Shown here piece by piece: positions 38,074 through 50,930 of a stretch of 64,000 bases of DNA. The position numbers and the translations under genes are program-made. Position 1 is the stretch's first letter, and each line of letters opens with the position of its first letter. The stretch is from positions 156,550,001 to 156,614,000 of the forward strand of contig NC_042997.1 in assembly GCF_006345805.1 (NCBI RefSeq), written 5' to 3'. The notes under the pieces are model-generated. The model had not been told where the DNA came from. It ran no database searches and saw nothing but the letters and a program-made list of their open reading frames with translations. The DNA comes from Octopus sinensis (lineage: Eukaryota).

Positions 38074-38829
38074 GGATCTTTTCCTTTTGAACGGCACATG
38101 TCAACACAATTTCTAGTTAACTAAACACTTTAAATCTTCGTATACTGGTAGAATGTGTCAAAATAAAACATTTTTTTCTCTTGGCTTTCTTGATAAAATT
38201 GTAATTCGTTTGTTTAACGTAGTTTAATTTTTCGAATTTTAACCAATCAATTGCCTCTAATTGAGCTAAAATCATTTGCTGCGTCTAAAACTGAGACAAC
38301 ATCCTGTCACTAACCCTAACCCTTTTTTTCTTAATTGTTAAATTAATTTAAGGATAACACTTAAGAAAAAAAAACGAAAGGCTAAAACAAAAGCAATGGA
38401 AAATAATTTAAACAATTAACAAACAAAATAATTCTATAATTTTACACACACGCTTTCCGTATGCGTGCGGAAAACGTGTGTATAAAATTATAGAATTATT
38501 TTGTTTGTTAATTGTTTAAAATTGCTTTCGTTTTTTTTACATGCGTAACAATTAAGAAAAAAACATTTAGGGTCAGGGTGAAGGTGAGGGTTAGTGACAG
38601 GATGTTGTCTCAGTTTTAGACGCAGCAAATGATTTTAGCTCACTAGAGGCGATTCATTGGTTAAAATTCGAAAAATTAAACTACGTTAAACAAACAAATT
38701 ACAATTTTCTCAAGAAAGCCAAGAGAAAAAAATGTTTTATTTTGACACATTCTACCAGTATACGAAGTTTTAAAGTGTTTAGTTAACTAGAAATTGTGTT
38801 GACATGTGCCGTTCAAAAAGAAAAGATCC
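38074..38829. mobile_element. Palindromic MITE of about 755 bp with internal TTAGGG-like repeats
   Basis: Inverted symmetry from ggatcttttccttttgaacggcacatg to catgtgccgttcaaaaagaaaagatcc, centre near 38460; no clear TSD. Confidence 0.8.
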
Positions 38830-40803
38830 TTGTTTTCAAGAGGGTGTGGATTACATTAGATTGAAAATTCAAAGAAGTTTGAAATGAATATATGAAAATG
38901 CCGTGTTTAAAGAAGTGTGGAGAGATAACAAACGATAAATTCACCTTAAAGAAAATACGTTAGAGTTTTTGCATGTATATGCGAAACGGAGTAAAAGTAT
39001 AATAAAAACAAAATATCTTTTTCCTACCTCTTAAAATCACTGGATATAATATATATATAATAATCCCAAATTGATTTTTCCCTTTGCAATTCTTGGTGCC
39101 AAAATGTGTTTCATTTTTGTGTGTGGAGAGAGAGAGAGAAAGAAAGAAAGAGCGAGTGAGTGGGTGACGAAGTTTACCTAAACATTGAATGGGTAACACT
39201 CTATCATAATTATATATATCATTACATGTCATCATTACCATCATTGTTTAACATCTGCTTTCCATTCTGGCATGGGTTGGACGGTTTGACTGAGAACTAG
39301 CAAGCCAGGAAAATCTATTCGGAATTATTATATATATTAAATCCAGTGATATAATACCCTGCCCCCTTTTGTTTTTTGTTTTTTTGTTTTTGTTTTTCTA
39401 AACAAAAATAAGGAGTTTGCAGTATATTAGGAGGTCAGAGTCCTTGATTCCACGCAAAAAAATCTGCGTTTTTTTTTCGTGCAGATGAAAGAATCGAATA
39501 ATACCACTCGTTTTTGCCAGCTGAGTGGACTGGAACAACAGGAAATAAAGTGTCTTGCTGAAGGACACAACATGCCACCTGGAATCGAACTCACGACCTT
39601 ACGATCATGAACCAAATACCCTAACCACTTGCCTTCACATGCAACACAACATCTGGCCAAGTGACAACATTGTGTCAGTTGATATATTTCAATCAGTTTA
39701 ATTGACTAACCTTTTGCTTTGCTGCATAACGTGGCAAAGGTTGACTTGACTGGAAATTGCTTGCAAATAAGTGAATGGAGAAGGGAATTAATTCTATTCT
39801 GGCACACGAGTAATACATAGACACAAAGGATCACATGAATGGGTGCAACAGAACGATCCTTTGGAGATCGTGTTCTGTGACTGATGACATTTAAGTGACC
39901 TACAGCTGTGTTTTCTTTTCTTTTTTTATAGCTGATAAAAGAAATCTCTGACACATGGAAACATAATAAGTTCAACCATAAGAACAGAGCATGTTTTGCT
40001 TTCTTCTCAGAATTCAGAACAATATTCACCATTTTCAGGGGCTTGCATTTCAGTAGTTACATAGAAGCTCCTCCTCCTCACGGTCGTCGTCATCGTCATC
40101 ATCATCACCACCACCACTACCACATAATATTCATGTTTTGTTCTGGCATGGGACAGATGGTTCAACAGTATTCTTTCTATGGTTGGATACCCTTCCTAAT
40201 GCCAACCAATTTATATCTTTTATTGGGTGTTGTTCTTATATCACCAGCTCTACTAAAGTCACCATGCAACTTGCAAGACAAGGAACCACAGGAAAGATGA
40301 CTTTATGCTGGGTGATGAGGGGGTTAAAGTATGAAGGAAAGGGTCATGGCTGAAGCTAAGTGGTTAATCATAGTTTAGAAGAGAGGTGGTAGTGCTGGGG
40401 TGATTGTGATGCAGCTGGGAACAGATAAAAATAATAGTGATGAGATGTCTGGGTAGGCCAGCCTAGTGAGAGGGGACAGAGGAATTGTGAATGTGGGTGG
40501 ATAATGGTTCCAAGAGAATTTGGGAAAGAGAGCATGAGAGAGTGTGGAATGTATCAAAATAATAAATGAAGAACAGGTGTTAAGGGGTGTATGTTGTGAA
40601 TGATTGATAAGGGATGGACGGGAGTCCAATGATGCATGGGGTTGAAGGGCAACAGAAAAATAATATTGATACAGTGGTCAAGAGATGGATGAGAGAAGGA
40701 GAGAGGGATAGAGAGAGATAGAGGTAGTTCATGTGTTTGAGTGGGTTGCCAGTGTGGGAGTGGGTGAGAGCAGGTATAGTGTGTGGGGAGAGTGAGAGAT
40801 GTA

Positions 40804-41652
40804 CAAAGTGGGTGGAAAGTAACAAGGCATTAGAAATTGGTTATAGAATCTTTTAGTATCACTGAAGTCATGATGAAAACATTTTTAAACAGACAACACT
40901 AATGGGGATTTCTTATTTTCTTGTTCTTATTTTCCAGATGGCTGGTCACTTGACTGTTCAGGAGCCAGCAAAGATAGCAGCATGCTATGAAGTGTGGAAT
41001 TCCATTGTTTTGGTTCAGAGGTGGTGGCGTGTACGGAAAAAGGTAAGCGTGCAACACTACATCCAGAGACAATAAAAAGTTGTCATGCATAGCTGATGAC
41101 CACGGGCTCTGTGAACGATGCAAGAAGTGGCCATCCAACTACATCCTGATCAGCTGAGAATGTTACAACAGAGCAGGAAATGCTTAATCATAACCCACAA
41201 AAAGTCAACACGTCAAGTAGCTCGTGAAAGTGGACTAACAAGACACGCAATATGTACAGTGCTGCATAAAGAAGTGAATTTTCGTCAGTGGAAACCTCAT
41301 TACATACAGGAGTAAAACCTGAAGACTGTGAACGCAGAAGTCCAGATTTCACTCCGTGTGATTTTTACCTGTGGAGTTACACAAAAGAAGTGTACAAGAC
41401 AAAACTTCGCACACTGGAGGACTTGGAGACACAGATTCAGGAGGTTCTCAATAATATCCCAGATGATGTCTTTCAGGAGGTTGTTCATTCCATCCACGGC
41501 CATTTGAGGAAACTGGTTGACACCACCAGTGCTTACATTGAAATATGAAAATTCACTTCTGTTTTTCCATGTCATTTGTTTCAATAAATTTGTAAAAGGA
41601 ATATGGATTTTATTACCAATTTTTAATGCCTACATACTTTTCATCCACCCTG
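40804..41652 (+). mobile_element. Internally deleted rosa/DD41D-type mariner
   Basis: TA TSD; about 49-bp imperfect TIRs (CAGGGTGGATGAAAAG..); decayed transposase with HTH region (STRQVARESGLTRHAICTVLH) joined directly to SPDFTPCDFYLW. Confidence 0.85.
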
Positions 41653-42439
41653 TATAGTAACAGGAAAGGAGAGATAATTTGGTGGCTCACGTAGGTGATG
41701 AATGTAAAATGTAGGTGGAGAGGACAAAGTAAGGGTGAAGAATGAATATCAAGTGAATGGTTCTGAGCAGTGAGAAAGGTTAGCGGCATCAAGGAAAAGC
41801 TGCAGTTAGAGGTATGATGAGTGGTAGGGGTGTCTGGAGGAAATTGGGTAAGGAGCCCAGTTGTGCATATGCACACTCAAAGTGCTTTCAAAATATAGTT
41901 TCATCGATGTGGAAGGGTCTTCTTGAGAACTGCATAACACCAGTCAGCCTAGTCACTTATCATTTCTTCCATGAGGTTGAGGGTCCTAAGATTTGAATTC
42001 CTTGCTAGAACTTTGAATTGAGAATGCATAGAACTGACAGAGATACTACAAGCTTGTTGTCTGTCAGTACGCTGTTCTGGATTTGTATTTTATTTCCTGG
42101 CTCTGAAAGCATGAATGTCAATTTTTCATCACTTTCACTTGTAATAATTTGATTAATCATCAACATAACTAAATATTTAATTTGATTCCTGCATAGAAGC
42201 ATTATACTTATCTTCTTCTCAGTGGCACTACACTTATTTTATTGTTTGAAGAACTCTTTGTATTACTTCATGCCAATATAGACCATTACTGATAATATTC
42301 ACAGAAATACTATTTCCAGGGGCAGGAAAATTTCTGCGTTGGGGAACAAAGATCTCGAGTCTATTAATGAAACAACTAACTGAAAAAGAAAGGAATCAGT
42401 TGAAAATATCAATCCTAGACAATCAAAAATAAAATAAGG

Positions 42440-42640
42440 TTCACTTATGAAAATTAGACAGCAATATAAGAAAGCTGAGATGCAGAAAACATGGAAACTA
42501 ACCCTAAAGTTTTCTACAGATTCACGAAAAAAAAAACAGCTTCAGTACCCAGAATGTTGTTTTATAGATTCTCAAAAACTAAGTGAAATACTCAAGGAAC
42601 AATTTCATAGTATTTTCCCAACTAGACTTGAAGATTCATT
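42440..42640 (+). mobile_element. Decayed CR1-type ORF2 linker fragment
   Basis: ENMETNPKVFYRFTKKK then SEILKEQFHSIF in a neighbouring frame. Confidence 0.4.
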
Positions 42641-44880
42641 TCTCTCTCAAATTTGTCATTGATAGTAGGTGAAATGATAGCAGGAGTATAAGCAACATTT
42701 TATGGTATTCTCACGGAAGCACAATTGTATCTTTTGGAAATATACATAAAGATATTTGGTAATTTCCACAGTTGAACATATTTGAAGATTAATGTGGACA
42801 TAATAGATTTTCCAGCAGAGATGTGTTATACATCGCCACATAGTAACTATCAATGAAATGGTATCCAACTTGTTATTTAACTCTGAAACTGCACTGGTAA
42901 TGCTTAGGATATCGATTAAAATTTTTTTTTAATTTCTCTTGGAAGCTTTAAGGGAATTTATTTTAACATTATCCATTTCTATACAAAGAAATGAGTTCTT
43001 GTTGCCAATGTATCATAAATTTTTTCAAATTCTCGCAGCTTCATAATTTTAATTTCAACTAGAATTTCTACCAAGATTAACCTGTTAAAATCATCTCAGT
43101 TTCTTATTTTATCCTCATCTCAAAAAAATAATAAACAGATGACAATGAGAAAGCCACCTTTCTGAAATTTTATTACATAGATACGCACAACTGGAACTTC
43201 AAACAAGTCTGAGCTTTAAATCATTCACTAACTTGGTAAGATGAGTTTTATTTATTCAGGCTATTAAATTTCATTTCTTTATAGATGGAATGCTCACAGC
43301 TGGTTAGTTATTGATTCTAAACAAGCACTTTGTTTAAATTGGATTATATTTTCTTAATTTTATTGTTTGGGTAATAAACTATGAAATTCTTTTACATTCT
43401 CTTGATTTTCTGTAATTCAGACCACCACATGGTCCCAGCAGACAAAATGGAAAAGGCATTGCCCTGGATGATGACAAGTAATCTTTAAATATTATTTACA
43501 TTTACTAAGTATTTTGGATTAGAAGGTATATAAATAAAAAGTCGGGTTTGTTATATTTTGATACTATTGCTATAGCATCTTGAAATTGTTGGTATATGCT
43601 ACATGGGTTATCAGCAAATGAAGAATAATTTAAAACTAATACTCCCTATTTTCAGTTCTGGTCTTCTCTAGCCAGTAGGTTATTTATCAGCCCATTGAGC
43701 TATTCAATTTGTAGCTAAGATTGGTTGTTTTTATGAGCTGTTGATGGCATCCTTTGCTATTGATTCATGTATATGCCAACTAAATATTGTTGGAAACGTT
43801 TTCCTGTTCTGTAAATTTCACTGAAGCTGCTTCTTTACACAAAACATTCACCATAGAACTCTTGTAAAGTCACTTTATTTCAGACACATATCTATCATTC
43901 TTCAACATGCTGCATATCACTGTATCATCGAAGCTCGCCATTTGTAATACATTGTATAAAGATGGCAAGATATGTACAAAACCTTTATTGGTGGCATATT
44001 TTGTTGAGATTCTCCATTTCCACCAATAAACATGCAGGGATTTCATTACATGTAGGAAAATTGTACCACCTGATGTTAAGCACTAAAAGGAAACTATTTT
44101 CTCTAAGTTACATGCTTGTTCTCACAACTTTACTAGATGCTGTATATGGTTTGTGAACAATCAATATTTCTTGCATTGTGTTCATCACATTAGGTAAAAA
44201 TTTGGAACTTTGTGATATTTCTGTCTAGTATTATGAAAACTTCATTAGCATCAAAAGTTGTAAAGTTAGTAATATGCTAGATTATTTTCTTGGTATAAAG
44301 TAGAAGTAGAATAGCCTGTTTTTCTCTGATTTCTTAAACAATAAGGTTGCTGTTTTTCAGAAGAAATAATTTTTGTACAAAATGAGGCAAAAGAAAATAA
44401 ATAATTATAATTCAGATATTTTTTCTATTGTTATTAGCTTCCTTATTATTCACTTCAGAGTGTAGTTGCAGTTCATTAGTATAAAGTGCATTTTGATAAA
44501 AGATAGAAAAGATATAACATTCCTATGGTTGCATTAGTTGTTTTACATATTTATTGTATCATACAACACAGCTTGCTCGTTGACATTTAGATGACTATCA
44601 CTTTGATAAAGTACTCTTTAATAAACTACGACACAGGTGGAAGTCATTCTTTGTGGCAACAGCTTAGAGGCTCATTTTTTAAGATGTTGATGATGTAGAG
44701 TTCAACAACAACTTGTTCATTCCGAGGCCCTCTCACAGAAACACTAAATCAAGTCTTACATCTTGTTCTTTTTTTTTTTTCATATTTCTCAGATCATACA
44801 CCTGTCTTTTTTTTCATTATTTCTTGTCACAATCAATACCTTTCTTGAAGTGTTCTTCTTTATATTCTTCTCTCACTGTC

Positions 44881-44926
<46 letters not shown>

Positions 44927-44929
44927 TAA

Positions 44930-45130
44930 AGTTAATCAAACATGAAAACACAAAGAGAAAACACAACAATGCGAGGACGTGGAACAAGTATAGTGTTATT
45001 GGACGCTCAGGAAAGGAAAGAAAGAAGGAAGAATTAACGTTTCGAGCAGAGCTCTTTGTCAGAAACATAGGAAATGGAAAGATCCAAGGAAGGGAAGATG
45101 GAGAAAAAATCGCCAATGATACACACGCAG
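44930..45130 (-). mobile_element. Penelope-type terminal repeat with hammerhead motif (45032-45066)
   Basis: Reverse copy of 32460-32660; gttt-CTGACAA-A-GAGC tct GCTC-GAA-ACGT-T-aatt; (TA)n on both sides. Confidence 0.65.
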
Positions 45131-45141
45131 TCACATATATA

Positions 45142-45172
<31 letters not shown>

Positions 45173-46019
45173 CAGTTAATGAAACAGAAGATGGATTTGG
45201 TATTAGTCTTTATATTCTGTATGACGATCATTTTGACCCATTCTGCAACTGTCCTATATGTGTGGGATGATGTGCATCATATGTGTCTAAATTTTGCAGT
45301 CTGGGTCATGTCAGGTACTTGCATACATAAAGTGGTGTCCTGCTGAAAATACTAAGTTTAGATGGTCACACACACACACACATGATAGCTGTCCATTTGT
45401 GACCGAGGAAGACCATCACTGACCGTTGCCCATGCAAAATACCAGCAATGCCAGGGTATGAAGTTATTGCTCTAGCAGTTGGTTTCATCTGGGTTTGTGT
45501 CCATGACTTCCATGCTCACTGCGTAGCCTGCCTACTCAACTGGTCATTGACGATGATTGCACAACCTAAAATTTTAGGTCCAATAAGGCTTGCATAACAC
45601 CTCACAAACCTACTCTATGCTACTGACATGATCCAGAGATAAACCAGGGCAAGATATCCGATGTCAATATGGGTTGCAAGCTCAGGAATGTGGGAGCACC
45701 ATCACCTCAAGTGCAAGCAATAGATCCTCAAAATGTTCATTGCCATTCCTTGCATATATCATATTCATCATTATCATCATTATCATTTAATATCTGTCTT
45801 CCATGCTGGCATGGGTTGGATGGTTTGAAAGGAGTTTGCAAGCCAGGGGGACTGCATCGAGTACCACTGTCTCTTTTGGCATGGTTTTTACAGTTGGATG
45901 CCAACATTATATATATTATCTCATATATATATATATATATATATACTATAATATAATATAATATATATATATATAATATATAATATATATATATATATTT
46001 ATATTTATTACATATATGT

Positions 46020-47800
46020 GTGTATGTGTGTGTAGTTCAAATTTACAGGAAACAAAAAACAAACACAGGTGAGGGAATAACAAGGTGGTGTATTAGTGTG
46101 ACACTTGGGAAGAATGGAAAAGTATTTGATGTTTCGAGCCTATGCTCTTTGACAGAAAGGGATGAGAGGGGGAAAAATGGAGAGAAAAAAAAACAGAGAG
46201 AGAAAGAAATGTGTAAGGATTAATGGCTGAACATAATGAAATAACTGGAAGAAAGAGGCAGAGTGAAGAGAAGATAATAATGGTGACTTGGTTGAACTGG
46301 TGTATGTATGTAAGAATGTGTGTGAGTGTGTATGTGTGAATTGGGGCAAACGTGTGTGAATGTATTTGTGAGTGAGCTTAAAATTATGTGAACTTGTGTG
46401 TGTTATGGGAGCATGTGTGCTTATGTGTATAAATAAACCAGTGCATGTATTGTCTGGTGTGATGTATATTCCATGTATTTATGTATGTGTGTGTGTGTGT
46501 GAATGTGTGTTTATGTGTGTAAGGCTATGTATAGTACATGTGTTTGAGGCTATTAAGTGTGTTTGTGAGTGCGTGTGCGTGTATGTGTGCAAATGGCAAA
46601 AACTTGTGTGTAAAAGGTAATAAATACACAGACATGACAGAAGTAAATAGACACCTCTAAAAACATTGTTTTATGTGTATTTTAACTTGAAATGGTTTAT
46701 ATTTTGTATTATTTTACATTTTTATATTTCAGTGGTTGAGTGTAGGTCTGGAGACTGTGATCAAGAATTTGGTTTTAAATGAAGAAAGGTGATGAATTAA
46801 AACCATAACAAGCAAAAGAATGAAGAGAGAAAATCAATTCTTGATTATGACAGAGGCAGGAGTCCAGGTGGTCTCTCTGCAATGACAGTCTAAATACAGA
46901 TAGATGTTGTAGCAAATGACCAGTTGAGCGGAAGTGGTGTGAGACCGAGGTGAGCAGAAGTGGTCTGATGTCTAGGAGATGTTCAGTGAACTGGTTAGTT
47001 AAGTAGCATCCTGTTTGGCCAATGTACAGGGAAGAGAGAGCTGGAGCTACAGTAGATGACATTGCTGGAGGTGCAGGTAAATGAGTTGGTAATGTGGTAG
47101 GGGCGGTGGTGGGTGCTGGTGAGGATAGAGGTGGTGGAGAGGTTGGAGAAAGAGGCGACTGCATGGGCAAGAGCAAGTGAAGGAGCCAGGTTGGATGCCA
47201 GGCGTGGGAAAGAAACTACAGACCAGAGGGTCGTGTAGATTATAGGCGTATTGGAAGAAGGGAAGGGGTGGTTTATGGAAGATATGGGAAGTGGAGGGGT
47301 TGGACTGAAGTCAATGGAATGCTCGGAGAGTGGAGTAGGGTGGAAGTGTGGTAGGTGAGAGGAAAAGGGAGGCAAGTAAGGATGAGGTAGATGTGTAAAA
47401 GAGAGCAGAGGCACAATCAATGGATTATGCACAGGTGAGGGCAGTTTGGATAACGATGAGGGGATATCTAAATAGGGTGAAGTTGTGAGTCATGAGCTGA
47501 GACTTGGTCTCAAAGTCATGGTCATCACTGTAGAGCCTGCATAGAAGAAGGAATTAGGAGTAGGGGATGGAGCGTTTGATGTAGTGAGGGTGAGAGGAGG
47601 AGGAGGAGGAGTTGAGATAGGAGTGTGAGTCTGTGTATTTGTAGTGGATGGAGGTGGTAAGAGCAGAGTGGTGGATATTAACAGATATGTTGAGAAATTC
47701 CATGGAGGAGTTGGAGACAGTGCAGAATTCGAGGGCAGGATGGAAGGACTGGACAAGGAGGAAGAAGGAGTTAAGATGTTCATGAGAGAGTGACCCACAT
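46020..47800 (-). mobile_element. Penelope-like element, 5'-truncated and decayed (RT thumb + GIY-YIG + 3' terminal repeat)
   Basis: FHPALEF...FLNISV...TSIHYKYTDSHSYL...HP...KRSIPYS; FTCTSSNVIYC / LYIGQTG...FTEHLLDIR...SHHF; degenerate hammerhead at 46124-46159 on the same strand. Confidence 0.85.
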
Positions 47801-48679
47801 ATTATAGAATCTATCATAGATTATATAACAAAGCAATAATTTACATTCATAAAAATATCTTACTGTTGTCCTATTTTAGTTCATAAAATACTTGACATAT
47901 AATAGAGACATTTTCCAGTCTATTTCACTGCACACACAAAAAAAAATGTTTCCTTAGCTATATTATTCATCTAAAAGCAAGTTAGAAATCATGTGATTGA
48001 GGTAAATATGATACCAATAGTGTACTACTAGATCAATTCATTGAGCCACACCATGAAAATAAAACTATTTCAGTCAAACTGTTTCTCACATTTTAGAATT
48101 TGATAGCATTTGTACAGACACATGATCTAACTGAATAGCTAACAAGACATCTAATATGCATGATAAAGTTAATAAAAAAAAATAATTCTGTTATGGATGT
48201 AGTTTGAGAATTCATATCTTTTTTGAGCCTAAATTCCTTGCTCTCGAGGAAATTTGAACATTATATCAATATTGTAACTGCGAATGCAATTCCTAAACTT
48301 ATGATCTTATCAAATTAAAATATTCAAAGGAAGACTCAATTACTTAAGCAATAGTAGAAGCAGTTGTGAACTGGTACATGGAAAAATCTGGTAATTATAA
48401 CTTATTTACCTATAAAAACACAAGCTTAGAGATAAATCAGTTATTGTTCCATAATAAGATTGAATCACAATTCCTTTTGTGCTAAAAACAAAATTACTTA
48501 AAATTGGCCTTAACTATTATGTTAAAATCATAAAACAAAGGAGCTCCTAAAAAATAAATTATGGTGGTCTAACATTCAGAAAGCTATAGAAAAAAAGAAT
48601 AAGAATAGTTTAACGTGTGTGTGTCACTTGAACTGCTTGATCTACTGGAATACTTAATAATGCATACAATGCCAAATAT

Positions 48680-49150
48680 TTAGGAGGAACTACATGTAGA
48701 TTTCAAGGGGCAATAACCCAGGGAAGAATGACAGTTGTGGATGCAACATAATATTGGTCACAGACAAGGCGGCGAGCTGGCAGAAACGTTAGCACACCGG
48801 GCAAAATGCGTAGCCATATTTGATCTGCCGTTACGTTCTGAGTTCAAATTCCACCGAGGTCAACTTTGCTTTTCATCCTTTCGGGGTCGATAAATTAAGT
48901 ACCACCAGTTAGCACTGGAGTCGATGTAATCAACTTAATCAGTTTGTCTGTCCTTGTTTGTCCCCTCTATGTTTAGCCCCTTGTGGGTAAAAAAAAAAAA
49001 AAAATATTGGTCACAGATATTTAAAAATCTGATCAGATGCGTAGAACTCCTTTTTACATCTTGAAGAATTTGTCAAAGAATTGTTTCTGATAATGACCAG
49101 CAGTCTATGCCACAACAAGTTTGGAACACTGGAGAGTGCAACATTAAAAG
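48680..49150 (+). mobile_element. Highly decayed Gypsy integrase core fragment split by a SINE
   Basis: ELHVDFKG, TVVDAT*YW, RIVSDNDQQ resemble LHxDFxGP, VVDAxSKW, IVSDNGxQF. Confidence 0.5.
48765..49002 (+). mobile_element. SINE family B with poly(A) tail
   Basis: 15-bp TSD aatattggtcacaga at 48750-48764 and 49003-49017. Confidence 0.9.
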
Positions 49151-50049
49151 GTTATACATGACTATCTGTGATCAAATACTCCAGTAGAAAGATCTAACTC
49201 CACTATTTTCAAAACTCAAGTCTTCAATTGAAGATAGTAAACTGTAGAAGAGAGAAATTTGAAAGTTTTTATTGCTTTACAGAAACACTCCTCATTCATC
49301 AACAAAGCACCATCTGTTCTGCTCTTAAATTACTTCTCATTATATAAACTTCTTACAAGTGACAATAAAGGGAGTGCAGTTATTAATGATAAGCGTTACA
49401 AATGCACTTATTGAGGAAATTAATGTATAATGAGTGCAGTTATTAATGAAAACCTAACATGAAAAACTATTCTGATTCAAAAACCTAGTACTCAGATACA
49501 GAAGTAGGTGACCATATCATCTTGAAAAAAAATCAACAATCAAGAAATACTAATCAAAATATAATTTGACTCAGTTTATTGCTAACATGAAAGGGGGAAG
49601 ATTGATTGAGAGAACATTTCTATATAGAGAATAGTCATGCAAGAAGTCCAAATAATAGGGATCAAAAGTTTATATGAGAATTTAGTTTACTGGATGAATC
49701 AACTGACTAAAGTATCTATGAGAATGATTTGGTGTTGCAAACAGGGAACATGACCCCGAATCCCTTGAAACTACAACATAATCCCCATATGTCTCCAAGA
49801 AAAACAAGGATATACCAATAATCAGATTCAGTTCTTAATTTGAATGCAATAAAAAGAAAAAGATGGAGAGGATATAATATTCACATGGTAGTATTGTATG
49901 TGTCACATGTTTACCATATCATGAGACACAACTTGCTAGTCAGGTGACTATTGCTGTTTAAGATGACTGCCACTTTGATAAAGTTTGGTTGTTGGTTTGA
50001 AGAAAGCTTCCAGAACTGTAACTTTGTTTTAGATAAATATTTTATACTA

Positions 50050-50930
50050 TTGTGCTTTTGAGATTTCAAATAGTCTTCAATAACCAACCTACTTTCATGT
50101 ACCACAGAGAACTCTGCAATCACATTTTATGCTCTCCACAAAACTCTTTTAGAAAAGTTCTTCAGTTCTTTCTTGAGACTGATAAAACAATTCTTTGAAA
50201 ATAATTTTGAAGAAGTGTATTTATGATTTGAAGGAGTGTACTATGATTTGCAGCCTTTCCAACAAGTTCATTCTAGCCATGGAGAAGGATGATTCCAAAG
50301 TAGCAGATATTAAACTAGAGATACAAATTATTACAAGAGTAGAATAATGAAAAACTGTGAATTTCTACCTCAAAATACAAAATGCCTTGACTAGAAAATT
50401 TCAAAGAAAATGGTGTAAATTTTGAAAAAGTGGAGACAGAATTTAAAAGTTTTTAAGAAAGATGTCTAATGTACCTGAACCTATGGAAAAAGAACTTTGA
50501 ACTTTAAACAGACTTTGTGTGGGTAAATTCTAGAGATTCCTTAGTGAAGTATTGAGCAGTCTGTAGTCAAGATCAACCACAGAACTAGAAAGCAATCAAT
50601 AAAAACTGATAAATTCTTTGACAAGATCGCTATAGCAAAGAGTTATTGAGTTTCTACTGTAGAAGCTCAGGCAAATCAAAATTTTAATTGTGAAGGAAAG
50701 GGGTATTTATTTTAGCTCGTTTCAAAGTAAAACACAGTAAAAAAATCTTAGTTCTGTAGTAGAATACATTCTTTGTCTTGCTGGTATTTCTGTATCAGTT
50801 GAGTAAGTGTTTTCTATAATAAATAATGTCTGGTTAGAAGAGGGGCAACATGGCAGAAGCTACAGTTTAGTGTCTTCTGACAACTCAAATAAATATTCCA
50901 AAAACCTGCTTAGAAGTTTTTAACATAAAA
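50050..50930 (+). mobile_element. Decayed hAT transposase C-terminal region
   Basis: VVEYILCLAGISVSVE*VFSIINNVWLEE (50753-50842) resembles the hAT dimerisation motif; start boundary approximate. Confidence 0.65.

Noticed and set aside
39800-39895. Hairpin pair ending in ACAttt
   Set aside because: Too short for H/ACA, and the putative H box lies inside the strongest stem
40290-40800. Purine-rich stretch possibly from a second Penelope element
   Set aside because: Composition fits but no motif could be read confidently
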